From positions 23,498,001-23,562,000 of the forward strand of contig JBHGNT010000003.1 of the NCBI GenBank assembly GCA_043228905.1: 64,000 bases of DNA, given 5' to 3'. The position numbers and the translations under genes are program-made. Positions 12,824-24,700 of this stretch are shown one piece after another. The stretch comes from Azolla caroliniana. Lineage: Eukaryota > Plantae > Polypodiophyta. Numbering within the stretch: the first letter of the stretch is position 1; each line of letters starts with the position of its first letter. A model generated the notes under the pieces. The model was not told the origin of the DNA. It worked only from the letters and a program-made list of their open reading frames with translations, and made no database searches.

Positions 12824-15633
12824 TCATCCATTATAGTGTTTGTCACATAGCCATGCGACTTGATTATTACCGTCTGTTTCCTTGTCTGTGGCAGGCCTGA
12901 GAAGGAACTTATCATATATGATTTTATGTGTGGCACCCCCGTATTTCTCCTTCAATATGGATGCCAAGCATTTCTGCCATTCTTCAGAAGACTGCAATAT
13001 TGTGGGCCAGACATGAGCCTGGTTGAATTGGATGCTTGATGACGAGGTTGCAGGCATGGCATCTCTGAATCTATGACCAGTATTGGAGATGATAGGGTAC
13101 ATTGCCTCTGTTACCGATCTAAGTGAATCTGGTATCAAAACGCCTGCCATGGGAATCACAGAGCTAATTCCAAGCTTAGCAACTGTAATCAAAATCCACG
13201 CCAAACCGTTGATATATGGAAGGGCTTTCTCCAGCTCCTCTGACAAAGAAGTAATAGTGATGCCGGGTTGATTTTCTACGAGGTGCGGGGACTTTGTGTG
13301 CTCGCAACATAGCTGAATTCTCAATGATGAGATATGGCCCCCTGATATCTTAGTCACCAGCTTCCTTATTTTGTTCACACCATCACTAGTAAGGACGGCG
13401 AAACGGGGTAGCTGCCTCTCAGCTTCAGACTCCACCACAAACTTCAGGAACTTGTCTACAGCTTTTTCAACCTTGCTCACCACATCTTCCCTCATACCTT
13501 TAAGCTTGCTCTGTATTTCTTCCAACTTCTTATGCACGATTGAGAACTCTCGCGCAATCATTTTTTCCATCCAATCAAATTTGGGCTCTAAGGCTCGTTT
13601 AACCGCCATTGCTGTTCTCTCGCAATCATCGTCCTGCATATCTAAATCTTGGCTACATGATTCCGAGGTAGTCACGGTCACACTGTGGTGAAAACTCTGA
13701 TGTTGGGCCCCATATCCATTGCCATCATCATCCATCTCCAACAGTATAGCTTTCACCTCCTCAAGCCATGCTTTATGAGACATGACGACCTCTGAGTAAT
13801 TCTTGGAGCCGAGGATATCAACAAAGGAGTTTGTTGTATGAGTACCGATATAATTGGTTTTCCTCCCAACTTATGTGATATTCTTCCTTACCTTGCTCAA
13901 GTTGCTTCCTCAACATTTCCTTCAATGTAGTTATTTCCATGCATTGATCTTCTCTATGTTCAGCCTTTGATGGGTCATGAAATGAGTCAGGGCGGATGAC
14001 ACTCTCGATCAACTTAACCCCTTGGATGCCAGTGGGTTGCGCACATATTGTGATCAAACGATTGACCACATTCTCCTGCACATAGTTTAAATATCCTTCT
14101 GTGTGCATTTGTTGAGTATTAGAATTTGTTGCCCGAACTAGGACATCTATCACGTTGTCTGATTTGGCTTTACAGAACACCACAATAATGTCCATGTTTT
14201 CAACAGAGATGAAAATGAAATCTTTGCCAAGATTGATTTTAACAAATTTATTCTCTTCTTTAAAAACATTGTTAAATTCCACTTGAATCCTTGGGAACAA
14301 TCCTGGTGTAAGAAAGGTGAGGTTTTTGTTTTCACACTCCAATCTTCTACCCATATATACATATAATGGATTATGGCCATCTGAAGGGCTTGCAATGTTT
14401 GAGGGTCTCCATTGGAGTTGTTGATCCATACCGGCAAATGATCCTCCTTCGATGGGATTTAATGTCAACGTGGTTGGGATAAAGAACTCATCCTCATCCC
14501 TAGTTGACATGTCAAGGTTATCCTTGACCTTGCAACAAAGGTGCATTGATTCCATCAAATCTACCAACAAAGACCCCGTCACTTCTTTTTCAATGACGAG
14601 TTCCAAAATTCTTTGTCGGAAACCTCGATTTGTAAATCCATCAATTTCCAATGTAATATCTAATTTTTTCTTGCAATTCGGAAAATGTATCAAGTTCCCC
14701 ATGATTTTATTGCAGAACCAGTTGGGATCAAGAACGATGTGAGCTTTATTGTGTACATATATGATGATCCCTGACTCGTTCAATGACAAGGCGATTCCTT
14801 CTAATATTTTATCAATTTTACCTTCATCGTAGTTCAGAATGGAATCTACACTAGGCTTGCAGATTCCACTAAACTCTGACCATGTAATGATTCGTTGGTT
14901 TGATGCCTTTAAATGCTTTGATAGATGTCCACTTACCTGTGTGCAGATGTCGTAAACCATAACACCTTGGAGCATTTCCTCGGCAATGCCAAAGATACGT
15001 TCAGAGAGACTTTTGACGGAACCCCTCTTTCTTGCATCCACTTCGAAAGTGGTGTCTTCTATCTCAATGACCTCTTTGAACTCAGATCGAAGTGAAGCGA
15101 TTGTCTTTGAGACGGCAGACGCGATGAACTTCATTTGATCTGCGTGGGTGAAAACCAGGATCACTCTAAGTGCAATGTTGGATTTGCGGCTTTTGGAGAC
15201 GAGGAACTTTAGCCAATACCTCAAGCTCACTTCAAATTCTTGCTTTGACTTCTTCACTTTAACTTCTTGCTCTGTTTTATTTTCATGACCTGGTTTTCTA
15301 TTCTGGCTTTTCATGGGACTCCAAACAAACATGAACAAAGATGGGGCTTGGGAAGAGCTGGACCCTATATCAGGCAGCATACAGTCATGGAATACTCAGA
15401 GTATCGTAAAGGTCGAACCTATAGCCTTTGATGAGGAGGCTCCCGGGTGCGGCATCATGATCTGAAGCGTATGAGAGGGCCTCCACCCAACCCATCTCTT
15501 CCTCTTGGCTCAGAAGATTTCGGCCATGCAGGATCAGATGGACTGCTCCCCCACCAAAATTGGCAGCAGCCCGGAGGTACTCCAGTCTCTGTTCCGCAGT
15601 GGCACCTCCCAAATCAAGCATTATGTCTTTCAT
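12824..15633 (-). pseudogene. TORNADO1-like Roco (Roc-COR) gene, apparently intronless, disrupted; ORFs 15633-15385, 15380-13818, 13783-12824
   Basis: FHDCMLP...LRYWLKFLVSKS...VILVFTHAD (distal Roc); HIVLDPNWFCNKIMG, YVYMGRRLEC, FLTPGLFPRIQV (TRN1-type COR); LRIQLCCE..HLVENQPG and VAWLC C-terminus. The frames are offset at ~15390 and ~13850. No LRRs or P-loop are present. Confidence 0.8.
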
Positions 15634-15724
15634 CCCCCACTCTCGTTCTTCTTCTTTCTCCTTGTCAGTATAATCCCAATACTTTATACTGCCATCATAT
15701 TCATCCCTGTAACTGATTTTGTAT

Positions 15725-15726
<2 letters not shown>

Positions 15727-15764
<38 letters not shown>
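15727..15764. repeat. (GT)n microsatellite
   Basis: Direct reading. Confidence 0.95.
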
Positions 15765-15768
<4 letters not shown>

Positions 15769-17298
15769 CAGGAACTACTTAAGCTGCCAAAGCTTCAAAT
15801 TTTCACTAATTTGGCCACTAATTTGACCGAAATGGGCAGATAGTTTAATGACCACTTATATTAGTTGCAGAGCAGCAGTAGATTGGGAATATTTTATAAT
15901 ATCCCCCGCTTATATTAGTTGGGATTACAACATGATGAGCGAATGACAAAAGATGAGAGCTATATCTTCTATACATACTAGTGTATAGATTATTCCATCA
16001 ATGTTGCTTGTGTGGCATAATGAAGAATGAATGATAATGGGGTGGGTTACTAGACTTATCGATTTTATCCTTTATTTAGGATTGCTACATAAGCTGATTA
16101 CTGGCGATGACAACAGGATGACCTCGGTATTATTAACATTAGAAGGAGCCTCTACCTTTTGGAATATTAAGAATGTAGGTTATGATCATTTTTCGATTTA
16201 TTGAAGGCTCTTTTCATCTACTTTCCTACCGTGAATATGGGTAGAAAAAGTTAGGACTCAGACAACTACCATAGCTCTGTCATCGTATAGTACGTGTGTG
16301 TATATAAACATTAAAGTATGTATTTTTTAAACCAAAAAGGATATACTTCATTAGTTTAAATGTGCAGAACTTAGATCCTTTTATCGGGTAGTCCTTGCCT
16401 AAATTATCCTATTATTCATGAGCGATCTCACTTATTTATCTTACACTTTGGCATATGTCCCTAGCCAAACTTTCATACACATCACCCGCAATTAAAGTAT
16501 GTATTTTGTGTATGCATGCATTGTGATGTTAATATGTTTTCTTGAGTCAGTGGGCATCCACATAAGATGGAACTTTGTATAGAAAACTCTCATCTGTAAA
16601 ATTTTATAACTAACGGAAGGAGTCTTTTTTTGGAAAAAAAAAACTTGTTCTATATAACAATTACTCTATTTTTTTAATCATGTTATTTAATTTATCCTGC
16701 ATTAAAGGTGATACTTTTTGTCATATGTATTATCAAATGTTAAAGCTACATGTCCTCTATGCATTAAACCTACAATGTAACAAATAACGCAATACATATA
16801 GAAACTTCCAACAAATTATAATAGCTACATACTCTTCTGCATAATAATGTTAATTTGAAGATAAAAATTATTTTAGCATAAAGAGTATGAAAAATTGAAA
16901 AGTAAGAATCAATGTTGGAATTTTATGTAAAGACCATGTCATAGGATGCATGATAGACCCTAGGGGCAAAACCATCACTAAATTCAAAGGAAAAAACTAT
17001 ACCCATTCAAAATACAAGATTAGATGTGATTGCTAGCAACAATCCAAAATGTTTTTTCCAAGAGGTAGGGAAAGTGCACAAGAGGAAGACACATTCATTG
17101 TTAACTCGTCATCTTTAGTCATGTTTTGAGCCTATAATTGAGACCATAATGCATCAAAGTCATTCAAATGAGAGGCAACATTATTGATGTCTCTCATATG
17201 AAGATCATAGAGCTTCCTCATTAGATAGACTTTATTTGATGTGGTCTCCTTCTTGTAGTTGCTACATAATTTTGTCCATAGTTTTTTAAACGAGTCAC

Positions 17299-17853
17299 TA
17301 GCAATGGGCCCGGTTTCGGCTCAAACCGAACCGAACCGTTAAGTCATGGTTTAAAGATTTATAAGTTCCAAAATAATTAAATGGTTTGGTTTGGTTTTAA
17401 TTATTAATAAACGGTTCGTTTTTAGTTTGGTTTGGTTTTGAAACTGGGGTTTATAGGTTTAAGTGGTTTGGTTTAAAGGTTTATTGGTTTTTGGGCTAAC
17501 TTTTTTTATCCCTTAAATGTTTATTTAATTTTAATGACTTAATTAATGTTTATTTAATTAATTAATTAAACATAAATGCTTATTTAATTTAGAGTATTTT
17601 TATTTATTTAATTTTTTAATTAATTTGGCTTAAATTGGGTTAGGTTTAAACTTTTTATTAAATTGCTCAATTTGGTTTCAACTTTTCCCTAAACGGTTTT
17701 GGTTTAAATAGTTTGGTTTTCCTTTTCTTAAATGGTTTGGTTTAATGGCTTGAAAGTTCATAAAGAGTTTGGTTTGGTTTTTGTTTTATATAAATGGTTT
17801 GGTTCAATTCGGTTTGGTTTCAAGGCAAAGAAACCGAACCGGGCCCATTGCTA
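17299..17853. mobile_element. Non-autonomous hAT-type MITE (555 bp)
   Basis: TIR TAGCAATGGGCCCGGTT / AACCGGGCCCATTGCTA; perfect 8-bp TSD CGAGTCAC (17291-17298, 17854-17861); subterminal AAACCG/GGTTT repeats. Confidence 0.93.
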
Positions 17854-18749
17854 CGAGTCACAATCTAAGACCGTGAAGTATATACATTGTCTATTAGGTG
17901 CAAGTTGCAACATTATGGCTGACAATCACAAAGGATTATCTTCTTCCCAACATCATTGGTGATTCCTTCAGGTCTCTTGTTTTCACCGTTCAATGGCCTT
18001 ATTTGCCATCATTGAATGAGTACATCTCTCATCTAATTCTTCCACATGAAAATTTTAGATCCGTTAAACTTGTGGATCTCAAGATGGTGTTTCCTAGTCA
18101 ACACATGAGGTAAGTGAAACCCAAAACCATTTCAAAAACCATTAGATAGTAATGAGACGTAGTTAATTGTGAGACGTCCCATAAATCATTAATTCATCGA
18201 ACCCACAATTTCAAGCTCATCAAATCAAAAACTATTAAACCAAAATAATTTGAAACCAAAGCGTTGAAGATTGTTGTTATTTGAGACAAAAAGAGCCAAG
18301 TAGTTGGATTAACTAAGAACCCCACCCCCAATAAACATTCTCCGACATTTCCAAAAGTGAGACCATTATGATGAAGGATTACCAAGAGGTTTTTATCATA
18401 GATTTAGCAATCATGTTAAAGGTTACAAACAATGGTATACTACAAACAATAAAGAGGTTAATGCAATCAAAAAGCATGCTAAAATGTGGGATTACCTATT
18501 GCTAATTTATTTAACCCATGAACATGTAGATGTCTCAAAGGCTTTCTTCAATCCAAACATGCTCCCCAAATAGTGTAAAGACTCAGCAATATCTCGAACA
18601 ACTTGGTCATTATCTGATCCGAGGATGAAGATATCAATGCTCATCAAAGAATGGAAAACTATTTTTGTGGTTAGGCTCCTTGAGAGGAAGATGACTGAAA
18701 TAATATCAAATTCTCAAAACTTCAAATAATTTTATGAAGCATGCCATCC

Positions 18750-21700
18750 CTACTTCAAGATTCTAAGCATATCACCAACAAGGTGAAGTGAACCTGTTAC
18801 CAATACCTGCAGGGAAAGCAAGAGTTGGTTAATCAATTTATTGGTAATGGATTGTATTGGCCCCCACTATGAACACAAGTTTTATACAAAGTACAAATGA
18901 GAATAATTAAGCTTTACTAGAACATAGGATATAGATTTGAATCTAAACCATCATGAGATTTTAAGTCAACTAACACTGATCATGTTGTAACTTTTTTCTT
19001 GTCAGAGTAATTTGACTTTTTACACTTCCCATTGTGTCTTTATATTTATAACATGTAAAGGACCAGAAGATTTTACAAATGACTTGATGGATCAAATTTC
19101 AATATTTAAAAAACCTTGCTCCATTGTATTTAATTCTCATTAATATGCTCAAAGTTTCAGACAACATCAGGAAAAGATATACGGCAAATAATGCATATGA
19201 GTACTATACAGCAATTAATGCATATGCAATTAAAAGGATACGTGGCATGATACATCACCCTCTAAAATATGATAAAAACTGTGGGCATGAGTTTATTCAT
19301 AAAATCATTCTCATCTTCTTTCCCAGATTTAACATCAAGACACAAAAGCTTGGTAAGATTGCTTCCTCCCATTTGAATTCAAAGAATGAATTCCACAAAG
19401 AGCTCTATCATCTTTCTATGTATGAAATCTAACTGAGATTCATGTAGAATATCTGGAAGGGAAGGCCTTGAATGTATACTGAGCATCCTCACCAGTAGGT
19501 AAGCACAGAAGTATCTAAATTCCTGAGACATTTATTATTAAGGATAAGCCCATAAGGGGAGAATCTATCTTGGCTTTGTGAATTTCTGGTAGTCCTTTGC
19601 ATTCTATCACCTACTCAGCTCAGAACCACCAGGGACTGAATTATTTTTCACACTCATCATCAACATAAAACAGTTCATGCCCAATCAAAAGATGTGGGAT
19701 TAAGCCATCTCAGAGCTCATCCAGAGCTACAAGGAGCTGAAGAATCTCCAAGCACAGCAAAAACAATTAGGCTCAACAACATACACTAAACATAGACATT
19801 AAAGAATTAACCTTGGTTCTCCACCTACCTTGGACAACTTGTTTACTAGAATGACTATATATCATCTCTCACCGTTAAGATTAGCCTTGGTTCTCCCCTG
19901 TCATGTAGAGTTATCGCATCAAGGTTCACAACAATGTTCACAAAGAACAAGGATTAACCTGATGTGGACAATTTTGTTACTTTAAAGTTGAGTAGAATGC
20001 CTATATATAGACATCAACACAAACAAGGATTACCCTGTTGTGGGTGATTTCATCATATGAAAGATTAGACATCCCATAGACAGCATCTCAACATTAATCC
20101 TAGTCTCTACCATCATGGGCATAATTACATCAGAGCTGACTAGACTGTCCACAAACATCTCACCATTTGAGTACCGTAACAGTACGAAGATTCATCACGA
20201 AAAATCGAGGATTAACTTGGGCTCTCTCCTATCAGGTATAGTTATCACATTGAAGTTTAACCTAATGCCCATGAAGTCTACATCCAATGGCTCAAGAATT
20301 GGATGTAAGCGCTACAGTTCTCACAAGAATGGGATTTAGTTTCTACTTCCTAAGCAACAATGGTTGAACTCCATCAACGGTTGACCATTCTCTGGGAACA
20401 AACAATGACAACAGCATTCTCCTACTCAACTTCTAACTTCGCCAACAATTCAAACCTCTCCCTCAACTCAACTCGCTTCCCCTCCCTCTACACACCAGCT
20501 TCCACCACTTCCCAAGTGGCTTCAAGCCACCATTCGCAATTCTCATCTCTCCGATGCTAAACTTCATGAGTATACATCTGGTTCTCCAACCAACATGAAA
20601 AGAACACATAGGCCACAATGGCCTCTTCACTCATGCAACTTCGAATTATTGTGCACTGTTGTGCAATCACAAGAACCCACAACAGAAAAAGAGGCCCTTG
20701 TTCTTCCAAAGTGGAAAGTAGCAATGGAAGTTGAACTTGATTCCATTGAGCAGAATCATATAGGGGAGCTGGTCCCATGGCCTCAACATCAATAAGTCAT
20801 TGGACTGAAATGGATTTTCAAGACCACATACCATGCTGATGGTACTTTGGATAAGCACAAGGCACGTTTAGTTGCAAAAGGCTCCTCACAAGTTGAAGGA
20901 GTGGACTGCGAGGAAACTTTTGCTCCAACAGCAAGGTATACCTCTATTCGATGTGCGCTTGTACTTGCTGCCGACAACAAATGGCCCATCTTTCAAATGG
21001 ATGTCAAGTCAGCCTTCCTTAATGGTGACTAGAAAGAGGAGGTTTATGTTGAACAGCCTCCAGGTTTCGAGATTTCAAAGCAGAAAAACATGGTCTACAC
21101 AGGTTACACAAAGCCTTGTATGGCTTAAAGCAAGCTCCCAAAGCTTGGCATGAAAAATTTGATACCTTCTTTCTCTCTCTGGGTTTCAAAATTGTTATGC
21201 TGACAAAAATCTCTAGGTTTTTTCCCAAGATATTTTGCTATGCTTGATCATATTATATGTTGATGACCTTCTAATGACAAGGTCCCTTGCTCCTAAAATC
21301 GAGGAGGTCCACGCTGACCTCAAAACAACCTTCGAAATGACTGATCTAGGACTTCTCCATTATTTCATAGGTATGGAGGTCTATCAATGACATTCCTCAG
21401 CCAACATAGGTATCTCAGGCAGCTCCTTGAGACCTATAGCATGTCAAATTGCAGGCCACTCTCCTATCCAATGGATCCAAACTCAAAGCTTACTCGTGAA
21501 GACAATTCTCCCATATTTGAAGATATCACGAAATATAAAAGGTTAATTGGGTCTCTTCTTCACTTAACTTACACCAAGCCTAATTTGTCCTATAGTGTGA
21601 GTATTCTCAACTAATGCTCAAGTGCTCCAAGACAAAGATATTGACAAGCAGCTATTCGAGTTCTTAGGTATTTGGCCAACACCCTCGACTATGGTCTCTC

Positions 21701-24700
21701 TTTTAGAGGCGGCATTGAGCTTGTTGGCTACTCGGACGCTAATTGGGCAAGTGATATTGATTCTAGAAAGTCTACATCTGGCTATTGTTTTATATTAGGT
21801 TCATGCTTGATTTCTTGGAAATCAAAGAAGCAAAACTCAGTTTCTACTTCATCAACGGAAGCTGAATATCCAGCCTACTTGGATACTTGTTGTGAGTTGC
21901 TATGGTTAATGCAATTATTTTGTCACATTGGTGTTTTGTAAGACTCTCCTATTGCAGTTTTCACTAACAGCCAAAGTGCCCATGCCATGGCACATAGATC
22001 AGCATTTCATGGTAGAACAAAACATATTGAAGTGCACTACCATTTTGTTCGTGAATTAGTGAAATCACAAGTCATCAACTTGGCATATTTTCCTACTCAA
22101 GAAAATGTGGCTGATTTATTTACCAAGTCACCTCCCAGGCAAGCCATTGATCATCTCCTTGGTCAACTCAATGTTGGACCGCCGTTCTGGAACTAAGAGG
22201 AGGTGTTGGTGGCAGCTCCAAACATGCACTCTCTTTCATCTTTATTATCTCTGTTCTACATTCTCTCTCTTCCTAAATTCTTCTCTCTAGAATATGCAAC
22301 TCGTTAAATGCCTTCTCTCTCTAGAATCTGCAACGCTTTAAATGCCTTTTCTCTCTTCTACTTTTTCCAAGATATTCCCTCTTATTTCTAGTTTATTGTA
22401 CCTGTTTGGTAGTACAAGGGTCACTTAACTACCAAACAACCATTTCACCCACTTTTCCCAATTTTGTATAAATAGGCTATACCAGCCTCTTTTATAAAGA
22501 CTTTTACTTTTGCTGCTACTTACAAACAAGCTCTACTCTGTGGCTGTGTCTCTACTCTTTGCAACCATTTTTTCTACTGCTGTCTAGCAGCCTTCTCACA
22601 GTTTGGCTGTGTCTATTTTGTTCCGCTGCTGCTATTAACAGCTTTTCTCACAGACCGACTAGCATTAGTATATGGATCCTCTGTATCAGATCCATCGTTC
22701 GCCAGCTATAGTTTCCTCACCATTTGAACGTTTACCTTTGCTAAGATATTAAAATCTTCCCTTGTTTCTGATATGTCTCTACTCGTAGACAGAAATTCGG
22801 CCATCCAATATCTGTTGTATATTCCATCAGTCAACTCAAGAAACCCATGACAGTCTCCTATGCTAATGTTTACAGACATAAAGAATGATTACTGCCCATG
22901 GTCCATTATCCTCCTTGCATAGATTTCTGCGTCAGTTTGAGGAACATGGTACACAGGGCCATTTGTACCCACAGAAACTCCTAATGGAACTTTTTGAAGA
23001 TGAGCTACTAGAGCGAACGTTTTTATATGATCCACTCTCTTCATCTGTGTGTAGCCTTGAGCTAATATTATGATTTTCACTTCCCTAGGGAACCATCAGC
23101 CTTGTACTTCTGTCTTTCAAACCCATCGTGCTCTAATCTCCTCCCAACATAGAGACCAATTCGCCAAGTTCCTAGTTTTGTTTTCTCTATGATCCAGATT
23201 TCAGCATCCATCGCCAATTTCCATACATATTCTGCCAACACTTCAGCCATTGATGATATACTCCTCTACTTTGAGGATTTCAGCTATTAATCTCATAATG
23301 AAGGGTGTCCACTTCAGACACCTGTTCATCTATGCTCCTAGATCGTCTAGACTAATCCATTGGTTGGTATCCTAAAATTTCTAATGTATACCATTGATGG
23401 CATTTCAAAATCATATCTTCCACCCAAATTTCATGAAAAATAAGTCAAATTCTAGGTAAAACAATTTCTCAGATAATAAATTGAACACTAAGCCAACTAC
23501 ATTAGAGGAAATTAGAGAAAACCTGTAGCTGAAGTCCCGGATGTTCTCGAGCATATTGACGGAGAAGGTCGAGGACAATTGGCAATGAAGGCAACACACT
23601 ACTTGAGAGTCCACCAAAGAGATCATTTGTTTTCTTCAATGCCTCATGCCCAGAAAGGATGTCTTTAGGACGTAATGTCTGCTGAGGTATAGCAGAATTT
23701 CCTGTTGATGTAGCAGAGGTGACACTTCTTAAACAATTGTATGCATATACAATACATCTGTATTTCTTACTCCAAATCTACCTTCTCTTTGTGCTTGGAT
23801 AAGATTTTCCCACACTTTTTGTATTGCAAGCTGCCATGACAAGTCCTCTTTATCGTTGCTTTTGGGAGAGTTCAGGTCAATAGTCACATTACTATACGAT
23901 GAAAGGCCAGGTGCAAATAGTGCATGATGAAATGGCATTCCTAATGATAAAAGATTTAGTGTCAACATTGACCAAACCAGCTGTAAATTGAGATTCCATT
24001 GAAACATGGAAATTGACTTACCAGCATTAGTACAAACCTTAAGAAGAGGAGAAAGCAACAACTTAGGATCCCGTTGTGGCATACAATTCATTAGGAGAAC
24101 CTGAATAAAAGAAATAGCAAAATTAATCCATCCAGTAGAGATTTGAAACCAAAAAGTAAAATTAAAGCAACATCTAAATTTACAGGCAATCAACACACTT
24201 GGCCAAAGGAGAAATGGACCAGGTTAAAGTCAAGATTGGTATGCAGATCTCTTGAATTTGTCTTGGAATTGTGCATATTCCTGAGAAATAATTTATCATT
24301 GATTTTCATCTATTTGGTTCCCTAGGAGGTTTTAACTCATAGATGAGACAAACATTTTTCAGATATGATACCGTTTGGATCTCTTACACCATTCCGTCCT
24401 TTAAAATATGTTATTTTTTCTTTCTTCCTTCCTTATAATTTCACCGCATGGGAGACCTATATCACACCAAGAGAGCCTCTTCCCATCAAACTAGAGTGTT
24501 CCTACTGAACAGATTATAGCCTTCAGTAAGTTGTGAGGAGATCAGCCATAAGTTATACCAATTGTTGTAGAATATTTAGCATACAATATGCATAGAATAC
24601 TTATGCTAAGTATTCTAAAAGTATTCTACCCCTTGTTAGGTGCTTAGAATACGTATCTACAGGTAAAATACATTAAATAAGTAAAATATGTAGAATATGT

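Noticed and set aside
13783-13870. Programmed ribosomal frameshift between the Roco ORFs
   Set aside because: No canonical slippery heptamer or structure seen; a second lesion at ~15390 makes simple pseudogenisation more parsimonious.
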